A stretch of 25,140 bases of DNA. Origin: Candidatus Caldarchaeales archaeon (GTDB lineage Archaea; Thermoproteota; Nitrososphaeria_A; Caldarchaeales; Calditenuaceae). Of the stretch, positions 17,076-25,140 are shown in pieces (the first letter of the stretch is position 1; every line of letters begins with the position of its first letter). The translations under genes were made by a program, and so were the position numbers. The stretch spans positions 1 to 25,140 of the forward strand of contig JBCNVM010000014.1 of NCBI GenBank assembly GCA_039630085.1, written 5' to 3'. Under the pieces are notes generated by a model. It saw only the letters and a program-made list of their open reading frames with translations. It was not told the origin of the DNA and did no database searches.

Positions 17076-17489
17076 TTGGACGACGAGGAGTACGCTAGGT
17101 GGATGGCGAGCTCGAAGGCGACTCTGGACTCCGCGGCCAAGGACCTGGCGGGAGGAGAGTACAACTGGGCCTGCTTCAAGGCCCACCAGGCCGCGGAGAA
17201 GGCGCTGAAGGCCCTCCTCTGGGGGCTCGGGCGTCCGGCGTACGGCCACAGCCTGAAGAGGCTATGCGAGGAGGCCATGAGGCTGGTGGGCGACGACGAA
17301 GAGGTCCTGGAGGACTGCAGGAGGCTCGACAAGTACTACACGGCCACCCGTTACCCCGACGTCTGGCATTCTGGGGTCCCCGAGGAGTACTTCTCCGAGA
17401 GCGAGGGGCGCGAGGGCTTGGAGAGGGCGGAGAGGGTCCTGAGGTGGGTGGAGGAGAGGTGGAGGTCGCTGAGGAGAGGCGCCGGATGA
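17076..17489 (+). CDS. HEPN domain protein (HEPN-MNT pair 2)
   Basis: YNWACFKAHQAAEKALKALL, GHSL and LDKYYTATRYPD. Confidence 0.92.
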   Translation: MDDEEYARWMASSKATLDSAAKDLAGGEYNWACFKAHQAAEKALKALLWGLGRPAYGHSLKRLCEEAMRLVGDDEEVLEDCRRLDKYYTATRYPDVWHSGVPEEYFSESEGREGLERAERVLRWVEERWRSLRRGAG

Positions 17490-17848
17490 GGGCAGCCGCC
17501 CTCGGGTCGGCCCGGAGGTTCGTCGAGCTCGCGGAGGCGATCCTGGGCCCGGTCACTGCGGTGGTCGTTGGGTCCTACGCGAGGGGCGACTTCAACGCCT
17601 GGAGCGACGTGGACCTGCTCGTCGTCTCGCCGAACTTCGACCGGAACCCGCTCAGGAGGTTCGACCAGCTCTCCGAGGCCCTAAAGGCCGGCCCGGCCCT
17701 CGAGGTCATCCCCCTGACGCCCGAGGAGTTCGAGAGGCAGGTGAGGCTGAGGACGCCGCTGGCGGAGGAGGCCCTGACGGTCGGCGTCGTGATCAGGGAC
17801 GGGCTCGGGCTGCTGAAGAGGTCGGAGCGTCCCGAACCGGAGCCCTGA
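17459..17848 (+). CDS. Minimal nucleotidyltransferase (MNT), partner of HEPN
   Basis: GSYARGDFNAWSDVDLLVV (GS-x10-DxD) and LTPEEF. Start is GTG 17459 after GGAGGAG, or alternatively ATG 17486. Confidence 0.9.
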   Translation: MEVAEERRRMRAAALGSARRFVELAEAILGPVTAVVVGSYARGDFNAWSDVDLLVVSPNFDRNPLRRFDQLSEALKAGPALEVIPLTPEEFERQVRLRTPLAEEALTVGVVIRDGLGLLKRSERPEPEP

Positions 17849-17955
17849 CCCGGACCGGGTTCAGCTCCTAGGGCCCATGACACGGGGCCTCAGTCCGAGG
17901 CCCACAGTATTTTTAAACTGAGGGGCGAAGAGAGGCGGCCTGAAGGCTTTTAGCG

Positions 17956-17995
17956 AACTAATGAGGTCATTAGTAATGTAATGGGGTCATTAGTT
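17956..17995. promoter_or_regulatory. Tandem palindromic operator-like boxes overlapping the ATPase start codon
   Basis: ACTAATGA-GG-TCATTAGT (17957-17974, perfect 8-bp inverted repeat) and a second copy TAATGGGGTCATTAGT 20 nt later, directly after the TATA-like GAAGGCTTTTAG. Confidence 0.65.
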
Positions 17996-19123
17996 GACGA
18001 CCCGTTCTCGACGGAGCCGAAGACCTCCCGCAGCTCCTTCTACAACAGGGAGCGCGAGCTGAGCCTGATCGAGGGCGCGGTCCGGGAGGGGCGCAGACTC
18101 GTCCTAGTCCTAGGCGTCAGGAGGGCGGGGAAGACCTCGCTCATCAGGGTGGCGCTCAACGAGCTCGGAGTTCCGCACGTCTTCCTCGACCTGAGGGCGC
18201 TCGGGTCCTACGAGGACCGCGCGCTCTACGGACTCCTCTCGGAGGAGATCAACAGGATCCTCCCTTGGTCGAAGAGGGTCGTCCAATACCTGAAGAGGGT
18301 CAGGGGCGTCTCGGTGGGAGAGGGAGGCGTATCGATCAAGCTTGGCGACGAGAGGCCGAACGTCGTGAGCCTGCTGAGGGCGCTGGACGAGTGGGCCGCC
18401 GACGAGGGGTTCGCGCTGCCCGTGGTCCTGGACGAAGCGCAGGAGCTCCGCTTCTTCAGGGGAGGCAAGCGGCGCACGGACTTCAGGAAGGTCCTTGCGT
18501 ACTGCTACGACAACCTCGAGAGCACCACCTTCATACTTTCGGGCTCCGAAGTCGGGCTGCTCTTCGATTTCATGGGCGTCGAGGACCCGCGTTCGCCCCT
18601 CTTCGGCAGGAGGTACGTCGAGGTCAGGGTCGAGAGGCTGAGCAGGGAGTCGTCCCTGGACTTCTTGGTCAAGGGCTTCGAGCGCCACGGGCTCTCTCTC
18701 CCGGCTGAACTCCTAGAGAGGGCGGTGGAAGCCTTCGACGGGATAATCGGCTGGCTGACGTACTTCGGCGCGGAGGTCGTCGCGCTCCACAGGGAGGCGG
18801 GAGCAGTGGACTACGAGGAGGCCATCATGGCGGCGAGGGGCAAGGCGGTGAGGCTGTGCGCGGAGGAGCTGAGGAAGCTCGCGGCCCGTTCGAGACTCTA
18901 CCTCGGGATACTGGCGGCGCTCGGCGAGGGCGGGAGGACTTGGTCGGAGATCGCCCTAGCGCTGGAGAGGAGGTTCAAGAGGACCGTGAGCTCGCCCCAG
19001 CTCGGCGCGCTCCTCAGGAACCTCATCGAGCTGAGTTACGTCGAGAAGCGCGACGGCCGCTACTGGGCCCTCGACCCGCTGACTCCAGAAGCAGCGGCCC
19101 TCCTGCTCTCGGAGACGCGCTAG
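17981..19123 (+). CDS. Archaeal ATPase (AAA/STAND-like) with C-terminal winged helix
   Basis: FYNREREL, Walker A GVRRAGKTS, Walker B VVLDEAQ, LSGSEVG, PLFGR, GIIGWL and a C-terminal TWSEI...LRNLIELSYVEK wHTH. Confidence 0.9.
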   Translation: MGSLVDDPFSTEPKTSRSSFYNRERELSLIEGAVREGRRLVLVLGVRRAGKTSLIRVALNELGVPHVFLDLRALGSYEDRALYGLLSEEINRILPWSKRVVQYLKRVRGVSVGEGGVSIKLGDERPNVVSLLRALDEWAADEGFALPVVLDEAQELRFFRGGKRRTDFRKVLAYCYDNLESTTFILSGSEVGLLFDFMGVEDPRSPLFGRRYVEVRVERLSRESSLDFLVKGFERHGLSLPAELLERAVEAFDGIIGWLTYFGAEVVALHREAGAVDYEEAIMAARGKAVRLCAEELRKLAARSRLYLGILAALGEGGRTWSEIALALERRFKRTVSSPQLGALLRNLIELSYVEKRDGRYWALDPLTPEAAALLLSETR

Positions 19124-19132
19124 CGGGGCCGC

Positions 19133-19612
19133 TCATCCGCCGTAGTACCAGCCCGTGTCCCACATCACGAGATACCTCGGGACCTCCCTCACGACCTCGC
19201 CGTCGACCGCCTCGGCAAGGTAGGGTATGTGGTCCCCGACGTCGAACTTCTGGACCACCCTGCACTCTAACCACGCCGGAGCCTCCTCGAGCACCGGGTG
19301 GCCGAACCTCCTCGAGGGGCGCGTCCTGTGACCGTTCAGCGTGTCCCCTTCAACCCTCGTGGGCCTGAAGAAGTCCGCGGCGACCTGCTTCTGATCGGAG
19401 GCGAGGACGTTCACCGCGAAGGACCCGGCCCTCTCGACGAGCTGCTGGGCGTGGCCTCCCCTCTTCAGGGCAACCAGGACGAGCGGGGGGTCCATGCTGG
19501 TCTGGGTGAGGAAGTTGATTGCGGCGGCGGAGACATCGGTCCCCGACCTCACCGTCAGCACGTAGAGGCCGTAGGTTATCGTCCTGAGGGCCTTCCTGAA
19601 GGGCTGCGACAT
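19133..19612 (-). CDS. Flavin reductase-like FMN-binding protein
   Basis: ITYGLYVLT, QTSMDPPLV, FAVNVL, AWLECRV and GDH motifs. Confidence 0.92.
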   Translation of the reverse strand: MSQPFRKALRTITYGLYVLTVRSGTDVSAAAINFLTQTSMDPPLVLVALKRGGHAQQLVERAGSFAVNVLASDQKQVAADFFRPTRVEGDTLNGHRTRPSRRFGHPVLEEAPAWLECRVVQKFDVGDHIPYLAEAVDGEVVREVPRYLVMWDTGWYYGG

Positions 19613-19671
19613 CGGCGTGACCGGGGATCCGGAGGACTAAAGGCCTTCCCGGCTACTCGGGCCGCGTCCCG

Positions 19672-20334
19672 TCAGTCCTGCTGCTCGCCCCTCTCAACAT
19701 ACCTCCCCCTGGACCTGATCTCCTCGACCCTCCTGAGGAGCTCGGAGACCGCCGACTCTCCTAGGACCGATCCGTATCCCTCCCTGACCCTCTCCATGAA
19801 CCTCGCGGCCACGGAGGGGAAGCCCGCGGCGACGCTCCTCTCGAGGAGGTGGTAGTCGATCGCGTGCTCCTCGACGTCGTCGGACCTCCCGGCTAGCCCG
19901 AAGTCGATCAGGTACGGCGCGCCCCCTTGGACCAGGACGTTCGCCGGCACGAGGTCGCCGTGGTAGAGGCCCGCCGAGTGCAGGAGGGCCATCGCGGCTC
20001 CGAGCTCCCTCGCGATCTCGGGGAGGCCGTCCGCGCCCGACGCGAGCACAGACCTCAGGCTGGCGCCCTCGACGTACTGCATGTAGATGGTGGAGGACGA
20101 GAGCTCGAGGTGCACCACGGCCGGACACGGTACGCCGGCCCGCTTGGCCCTGATCATCGCCCTCGCCTCCCTCACGGTCCTCTCGGACCTGACCTGGAGG
20201 TCCACCTCGGGCCTCCTGTAGGGCTTCGGGACCCTGACCTTCGCGATCAGCTTCAGGCCCCTCCAGTCTACGAGCTTCACGATCGCCTCCGCGCCGACGT
20301 AAATCACCCTCAGCTCCTCGAAGGGTCCTCCCAA
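19672..20334 (-). CDS. bud32: KEOPS kinase/ATPase Bud32
   Basis: GAEAIV, KVRVPKPYR, RTVREAR, HGDL..N and IDFGL. Likely start TTG 20334 after GAGGTGA. Confidence 0.93.
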   Translation of the reverse strand: MGGPFEELRVIYVGAEAIVKLVDWRGLKLIAKVRVPKPYRRPEVDLQVRSERTVREARAMIRAKRAGVPCPAVVHLELSSSTIYMQYVEGASLRSVLASGADGLPEIARELGAAMALLHSAGLYHGDLVPANVLVQGGAPYLIDFGLAGRSDDVEEHAIDYHLLERSVAAGFPSVAARFMERVREGYGSVLGESAVSELLRRVEEIRSRGRYVERGEQQD

Positions 20335-21314
20335 GTCACCTCGACCTCGTCGATCCTGAACTTCGGCCTCACGCCGCTCTCCTCGACGGTCACCGTCTGC
20401 CCCGACCGGTACATCAGCAGCCCCGTCCACGCGATCATCGCGCCGTTGTCGCCGAGCAGGTCGTCGGGTATCTGCCTGAACTCGGCGCCGTGGAGCCTCA
20501 CCATCTCACCGACCATCTCCGAGAGCCTCCTGCTCCTCGCGAGCCCACCGACCACCATCACCTCCCTCTTCCCTGTCATCGCGACCGCCCTCTCGAGGAC
20601 CTCAGTCAGCATCGAGTAGACCGCCTCGGTCAGCGAGAGCGCGACGTCCTCGACCTTCGCTCCCTCCCTAAGGAGCACGAGGGCCCGCGTCAGGGCACCC
20701 GAGAAAGAGACGTCCATCCCCTTCACTCTGATCGGCATCGGGATGTACCTCTGACCCCTGGAGGCCCAGAGCTCGGGCGCGGGCATCGGACCGATCCCGG
20801 CCTCGATCCCGAAGGCGTCGAGGCAGTTCCCCGCGGCTATGTCGAGCGTCTCGCCCAGTATCCTGTAGCGGCCCTCGCCGAGGGTCGTGACCAGCGTGTT
20901 CCCCCCTGCGACGTAAAGGACGACCGGGTCCCCGAAGCCCGTCGCGAGCTTCCCGATCTCGATGTGCGCGACGCCGTGGTTGACCGCGACCAGCGGCCTC
21001 CCGAGCCTGAGCGATATGGCCCTGGCCAGCGTTGCGCCAGTCCTCAGGCAGGGACCAAGCCCGGGGCCGGACGCGAAAGCCACGACGTCGATCTCGTCGG
21101 CGGAGGAGACGGACCTCTCGAGGGCCCTCCTCAGGACCTCGTGGGCGACCTGGGCGTGGTGCTGCGCCGCCTCCCTCGGGTGGATGCCCGAGTCGGTCGG
21201 CCTGTAGGTCGCCATCTCGTTGGCCAGTATCCTCCCGGAGGAGTCCACCACGCCGATCCCCAGCGTGTGGGCAGTGGACTCGACGCCCAGGCAGACCAGC
21301 CTTCCCTCCCTCAC
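20310..21314 (-). CDS. kae1: KEOPS t6A threonylcarbamoyltransferase Kae1
   Basis: GVESTAHT, GIHPREAAQHH, GPGLGPCL, NHGVAHIE, ETLDIAAGN and DNGAMIAW. Likely start GTG 21314. Confidence 0.95.
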   Translation of the reverse strand: MREGRLVCLGVESTAHTLGIGVVDSSGRILANEMATYRPTDSGIHPREAAQHHAQVAHEVLRRALERSVSSADEIDVVAFASGPGLGPCLRTGATLARAISLRLGRPLVAVNHGVAHIEIGKLATGFGDPVVLYVAGGNTLVTTLGEGRYRILGETLDIAAGNCLDAFGIEAGIGPMPAPELWASRGQRYIPMPIRVKGMDVSFSGALTRALVLLREGAKVEDVALSLTEAVYSMLTEVLERAVAMTGKREVMVVGGLARSRRLSEMVGEMVRLHGAEFRQIPDDLLGDNGAMIAWTGLLMYRSGQTVTVEESGVRPKFRIDEVEVTWEDPSRS

Positions 21315-21406
21315 TCCGGTCGGTAGAAGTCGGCCCGCGTATTTCTCCGGTTCTCCCGCGGAGGACGGGTTGGGGTTATAGCAGACTCCGGGATCCGGGA
21401 GGTGGC

Positions 21407-22861
21407 GTGTCGGGAGGCACCGGGGAGTTCCTGAGGGCCTGCGGCGAGGCCGGGGCAAGGCTCAGGTCACACCTCAGGGAGGGAGCGAACGTCCTGATAG
21501 TGGGGCACAACGACGCCGACGCGCTCTCGGCGCTCGGGATAATCTCCGGGACGGCCGCGAGGATGGACGCGCCCTTCGCCGCGATTAGCGTCCAGAGGAT
21601 CGAGGACTTCCTAGAGGACGGGGCCAGGGACGAGTTCGACGTCGTGGTGCTGGTCGACATGGGGAGCGGGTACCTGAACGCGATCAACGAGCAGGTGAGG
21701 AGGCCGGTCTTCGTGCTGGACCACCACAAGCCCGTCGGCGTGAGGCCCGCGGAGCACGTCGTCCACGTCAATCCCCACGACTTCGGGATCGACGGCTCGA
21801 CGATGGTCAGCGCCTCAGGGGTGGCCTACTTGGTCGCGAAGGGGATCAGCGAGGAGGCCGCGGCGTACGCACCTGTCGCGGTCGTGGGCGCGCTCGGTGA
21901 CCTCCAGGACAAGGACCACGGAAGGAGGCTCGTCGGGGTGAACGAGCTCATAGTCAACGAGGCGGTCTCGATGGGGCTGATGTCGGTCGCGGAGGACCTC
22001 ATCCTCTACGGTAGGAGCTTCAAGCCGGTCCACGAGACTATCTCCAGCACCAACTCGCCCTTCCTCCCGGGCCTCTCCGGAGACGAGACCGCGTCCCTCA
22101 ACCTCGTCCTCTCGGCGGGCATCGAGGTCAGGTCCGGCGACTCCTGGAGGACGCTCGCGGACCTCAGCCCCGACGAGAAGGCCAGGCTCCTCGAGGCCCT
22201 CGCCTCCCACCTGAACAGAGTCGGCGCTCCCGCGAGGCTCCTGGGAGAGCTGACAGGACACGTCTACGAGCTCCTCGGGGAAGAACCGGGCTCGCCGCTG
22301 AGGGACGCGAGGGAGTTCGCGACACTGCTGAACGCCTGCGGAAAGGGAGGGAAGGCGTGGGTAGGGATAAGCGTCGCGATGGGCGCGAGGGGCTCGGTCC
22401 TTGAAGAGGCGGTCGCGGCCCTCGAGGAGTACAGGAGGTCGATCAGCAAAGCGATGTCGCTGGTCCTCTCGGAGAGGCTCATCGACAGGTCCTTCCAGAG
22501 CCTGGTCGTCCTGAGGGGAGGGACGGAGATAGACCCGAGGCAGGTGAGCTCGATCGCCTCGATACTCTCCTCCTCGAACCTCCTCCCCGCCGACAGGCCG
22601 CTGGTCGCGGTGGCTCAGGAGGGGAACAGGGTGAAGGTCTCAGCGAGGGCCTCGGGCGAGCTGGTCGACCTCGGACTGGACCTGGGCGAGGTGATGAGGA
22701 GCGCAGCGGAGAGGGTCGGAGGGAGGGGAGGAGGTCATAAGATGGCAGCGGGGGCGGAGCTGACGGTCGACGCGGCCGAGCAGTTCCTTAGGGAAGTCGA
22801 CAGGATCGTCGGAGAGCGGCTGAAGAGGGTCAGGCAGGGCGGGCAGTTGAGGCTGGTTTGA
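21407..22861 (+). CDS. DHH/DHHA1 phosphoesterase, archaeal RecJ/Cdc45 (GAN-like)
   Basis: HNDADA, VDMGSG, LDHH, GALGDLQD, LNACGK, SAR and GGGHKMAAGA. Start GTG 21407 after GGAGGTGG. Confidence 0.9.
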   Translation: MSGGTGEFLRACGEAGARLRSHLREGANVLIVGHNDADALSALGIISGTAARMDAPFAAISVQRIEDFLEDGARDEFDVVVLVDMGSGYLNAINEQVRRPVFVLDHHKPVGVRPAEHVVHVNPHDFGIDGSTMVSASGVAYLVAKGISEEAAAYAPVAVVGALGDLQDKDHGRRLVGVNELIVNEAVSMGLMSVAEDLILYGRSFKPVHETISSTNSPFLPGLSGDETASLNLVLSAGIEVRSGDSWRTLADLSPDEKARLLEALASHLNRVGAPARLLGELTGHVYELLGEEPGSPLRDAREFATLLNACGKGGKAWVGISVAMGARGSVLEEAVAALEEYRRSISKAMSLVLSERLIDRSFQSLVVLRGGTEIDPRQVSSIASILSSSNLLPADRPLVAVAQEGNRVKVSARASGELVDLGLDLGEVMRSAAERVGGRGGGHKMAAGAELTVDAAEQFLREVDRIVGERLKRVRQGGQLRLV

Positions 22862-23124
22862 GCGGCGGCGTCTCGGTCGCGGAGCTGACCTTCGAGTTCT
22901 GCGACGGGCTCGAGGCCGAGGGCGTGATGAGGGCGGTGGCGCCCGACAACGAGCCCCTGCCGAAGGGCCTCAGAATCGAGATGAAGCTCGAGGGGAGGAG
23001 GCTGAGGGTGCTGGTGGAGTGCTCGAGGGGGACCGACTCGCTGCTCGCGACCGTCGACGACATCCTCTCCGCGGTCCACCTGGCGGAGCGCGTCGTCTGC
23101 CGCAGGTCCCAGCTCAGGTCCTGA
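22858..23124 (+). CDS. pcc1: KEOPS subunit Pcc1
   Basis: 88 aa with AVAPDN and SLLATVDDIL motifs. TTGA overlap with the DHH gene, the usual archaeal neighbour of pcc1. Confidence 0.85.
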   Translation: MSGGVSVAELTFEFCDGLEAEGVMRAVAPDNEPLPKGLRIEMKLEGRRLRVLVECSRGTDSLLATVDDILSAVHLAERVVCRRSQLRS

Positions 23125-24364
23125 ACCTCTCCGGGCTAAGCCTCGAGACGATCGGCCTCTCCTTACCCTCGACGATCTCCGCGACCATCATGCCCATCGA
23201 GGAGCTGAGCGTCGCCCCCAGCCTGCAGCCTCCCGTCGCGATGATGACGTTCCTCAGCCCCTTCACCCTCCCGACTATCGGCGCGCCGTCGGGCGTGCAG
23301 GGCCTCGGGCCGACCCAGGTGTCGACGAACTTCAGGCTCTTGACCAGCGGGACGGCCGAGGAGGCCCACTCCCTGATCCTCTCGAACTTGGAGGCGTCGG
23401 GCCCGGCTTCTGGGGATGCGAGCTCGAAGACGCTCGTGAGCCTCACCTCGCCCGAGACCGTCTGGCCTATGATGACCCTGTTGTCGGCGTAGATGATCGG
23501 CCTCCCGAACCTTTCCTTGATCGCCTCGGTGACCGCGAGGTACCCCCTCCCCGCTACGACCGGCAGCTCTATCCCCACGGCCCTCAGGAGCTCCCTCGTC
23601 CAGGCCCCGGAGCAGACAACGAGGTTCTCGGGGGTCAGGCTGCCCTCGCCGTCGACGACCGAGACCGACCCGTCCGCGGGCTTGAGGGAGGCCCTCTCCT
23701 CCGTGACCTCGACGCCCATCGACCTGAGGGCCCTCAGGAAGGAGGTGATCGTCTTCGAGGGGTTGATGTGAACGTCGTCAGGGTAGAGGAGCCCTCCGAC
23801 GACCTCTCTCGAGAGCTGCGGGACCATCGACCTGCACTCGTCGCCGTCGAGCCTCCTCACCGAGTACCCGAGCTCCCTCGACTCCTTCTCCCTGAACTCG
23901 GACTCGAACTCGAAGTTCTTCTGGACCGTGAAGACCTCGATCGAGCCGCTCTCGTTGAGGTCGGCCTCGAGGTTCAGCTCCCTTATCGTCCCGATCCAGA
24001 GCCTCTTGCTCTCCGCGAGGACCTGCTGGAGGAGCGCCGCGTTCTCCGCGAGCGCACCCCTCCTCACCTCGTTGACGTACCTCCAGAGCCATCCTCCGGG
24101 CATAAGCTCCCTCAGCGCGAAGGAGGGCCTGATCGAGACGTAGGAGCCCCGCTTCAGGGTGAGCGAGAGGAGCTTCCTCAGGCCCATCACCTCGGGGACC
24201 GCGGTTATGCTCCCCTGGTGTATGATCCCGGCGTTCCCCCAGGAAGCGGCCCTCCTCGCCCCGCCTCCCGTGTAGACTTTGACCCTCAGCCCCAGCGACC
24301 TGAGCCTGTAGGCCGCGTGGAGCCCCACGAAGCCGCCTCCGACCACGACGGCCTCCGGCTTCAC
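23114..24364 (-). CDS. FAD-dependent D-amino-acid dehydrogenase/oxidase (DadA-like)
   Basis: VVGGGFVG dinucleotide-binding motif, ASWGNAG, GAW, GRGY, WVGPRPCTPDGAPIVG and ATGGCRLG. Confidence 0.88.
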   Translation of the reverse strand: MKPEAVVVGGGFVGLHAAYRLRSLGLRVKVYTGGGARRAASWGNAGIIHQGSITAVPEVMGLRKLLSLTLKRGSYVSIRPSFALRELMPGGWLWRYVNEVRRGALAENAALLQQVLAESKRLWIGTIRELNLEADLNESGSIEVFTVQKNFEFESEFREKESRELGYSVRRLDGDECRSMVPQLSREVVGGLLYPDDVHINPSKTITSFLRALRSMGVEVTEERASLKPADGSVSVVDGEGSLTPENLVVCSGAWTRELLRAVGIELPVVAGRGYLAVTEAIKERFGRPIIYADNRVIIGQTVSGEVRLTSVFELASPEAGPDASKFERIREWASSAVPLVKSLKFVDTWVGPRPCTPDGAPIVGRVKGLRNVIIATGGCRLGATLSSSMGMMVAEIVEGKERPIVSRLSPERFRT

Positions 24365-24402
24365 GGCCTTTCAGACGATCAGAGCGGGTAATAGGGTTTC
24401 GA

Positions 24403-25140
24403 CTTTCGATCCTCTTAGTGAGGTTCCTATCGCTCCTGCCTGATCGGGGTCGCGGGACACGCCGCCGCTTTCAATCCTCTTCGTGAGGTTCTTATGATTG
24501 GGAAAAGATGATGGTTTGTGAAGACTGCTTTCAATCCTCTTCGTGAGGTTCTTCTTATCGATGAGCATGGGCGGCCCACTGATGATCTCTTTCAATCCTC
24601 TTCGTGAGGTTCGTGCATGCATAATGATCGAGAGCCTCAAAAAAGGTGATCTTTCAATCCTCTTCGTGAGGTTCCGAGACCCAGAGCGGCGATCTCAGAA
24701 GCGCGTATGAGCCTTTCAATCCTCTTCGTGAGGTTCAGATACTAGCGCTGTTGAAGAACTTCAACGCTTTCGTCTTTCAATCCTCTTCGTGAGGTTCCCC
24801 TCCGCACGGATCGTGATCACTTCCGTGTAAGCCGGTCTTTCAATCCTCTTCGTGAGGTTCATCTCACTGAGCCAGAAGTGCGACCTCAAGAGCGAGGGAC
24901 TTTCAATCCTCTTCGTGAGGTTCACCGCGGTTAAGATGGAACACCACTGGAGAGAATACTAGACTTTCAATCCTCTTCGTGAGGTTCGTAAACGTATGCG
25001 TGTAGGCCACGGGGGGCGAGCCATGTGCTTTCAATCCTCTTCGTGAGGTTCTCTCGGACGATGTAAGGTGAAGGTTTGCCGTCTGATCCAGCTTTCAATC
25101 CTCTTCGTGAGGTTCAGCGAGGTGCAGCGATTGAGACGTG
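24403..25140 (-). CRISPR. CRISPR array, trailer end: 12 repeats of 24 bp, 11 complete spacers of 36-41 bp; continues beyond the window
   Basis: Repeat CTTTCAATCCTCTTCGTGAGGTTC starts at 24468, 24528, 24589, 24651, 24713, 24774, 24837, 24900, 24964, 25028 and 25092, with a 2-mismatch copy at 24403. The minus-strand form GAACCTCACGAAGAGGATTGAAAG ends in ATTGAAAG and has a CCTC/GAGG stem. Confidence 0.99.

Noticed and set aside
21032-21458. Overlapping long N-termini of Kae1 and the DHH protein
   Set aside because: Low-complexity extensions. Starts at 21314 (-) and 21407 (+) leave a normal divergent promoter gap.
24368-24391. Possible extra degenerate CRISPR repeat starting CTTTCA
   Set aside because: Only 6 nt match and the implied spacer would be 11 nt.
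24371-24640. 89-aa ORF with repeated NLTKRIES
   Set aside because: It is a translation of CRISPR repeats and spacers.

Overview
A high-GC archaeal chromosomal segment. Cbf5, the KEOPS subunits, archaeal TATA-like promoters, bulge-helix-bulge (BHB) introns and heavy AGG-Arg use suggest a thermophilic TACK archaeon, possibly Aigarchaeota-like; the taxonomy is inference. Housekeeping genes are tmk, cbf5, hisB, hisD, asnS, pyrG, etfA, pheA, bud32, kae1, a RecJ/Cdc45-like DHH protein and pcc1. Accessory content is two HEPN-MNT pairs, an archaeal ATPase-wHTH gene with a tandem palindromic box over its start, an F420-type LLM oxidoreductase coupled to an ArsC/Spx-like protein, a D-amino-acid dehydrogenase-like gene, and the trailer end of a CRISPR array (12 repeats visible, no cas genes in the window). 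Three things stand out. (1) A four-gene extracytoplasmic copper operon lies between hisD and HAD-hisB. It encodes a two-domain multicopper oxidase with type-1 Cu ligands in both domains, a tethered cupredoxin, a Tat-signal NosL/His-rich/thioredoxin fusion and a CcdA-like membrane protein, and looks like a self-contained copper-site maturation system. (2) A 22-nt BHB intron splits the catalytic Asp codon of cbf5. (3) An intron-containing tRNA-Gly-like gene has a predicted spliced anticodon loop (G32 C33 CCC G37 G38) that breaks the near-universal tRNA rules. All calls were made by eye from motifs; no searches were run.
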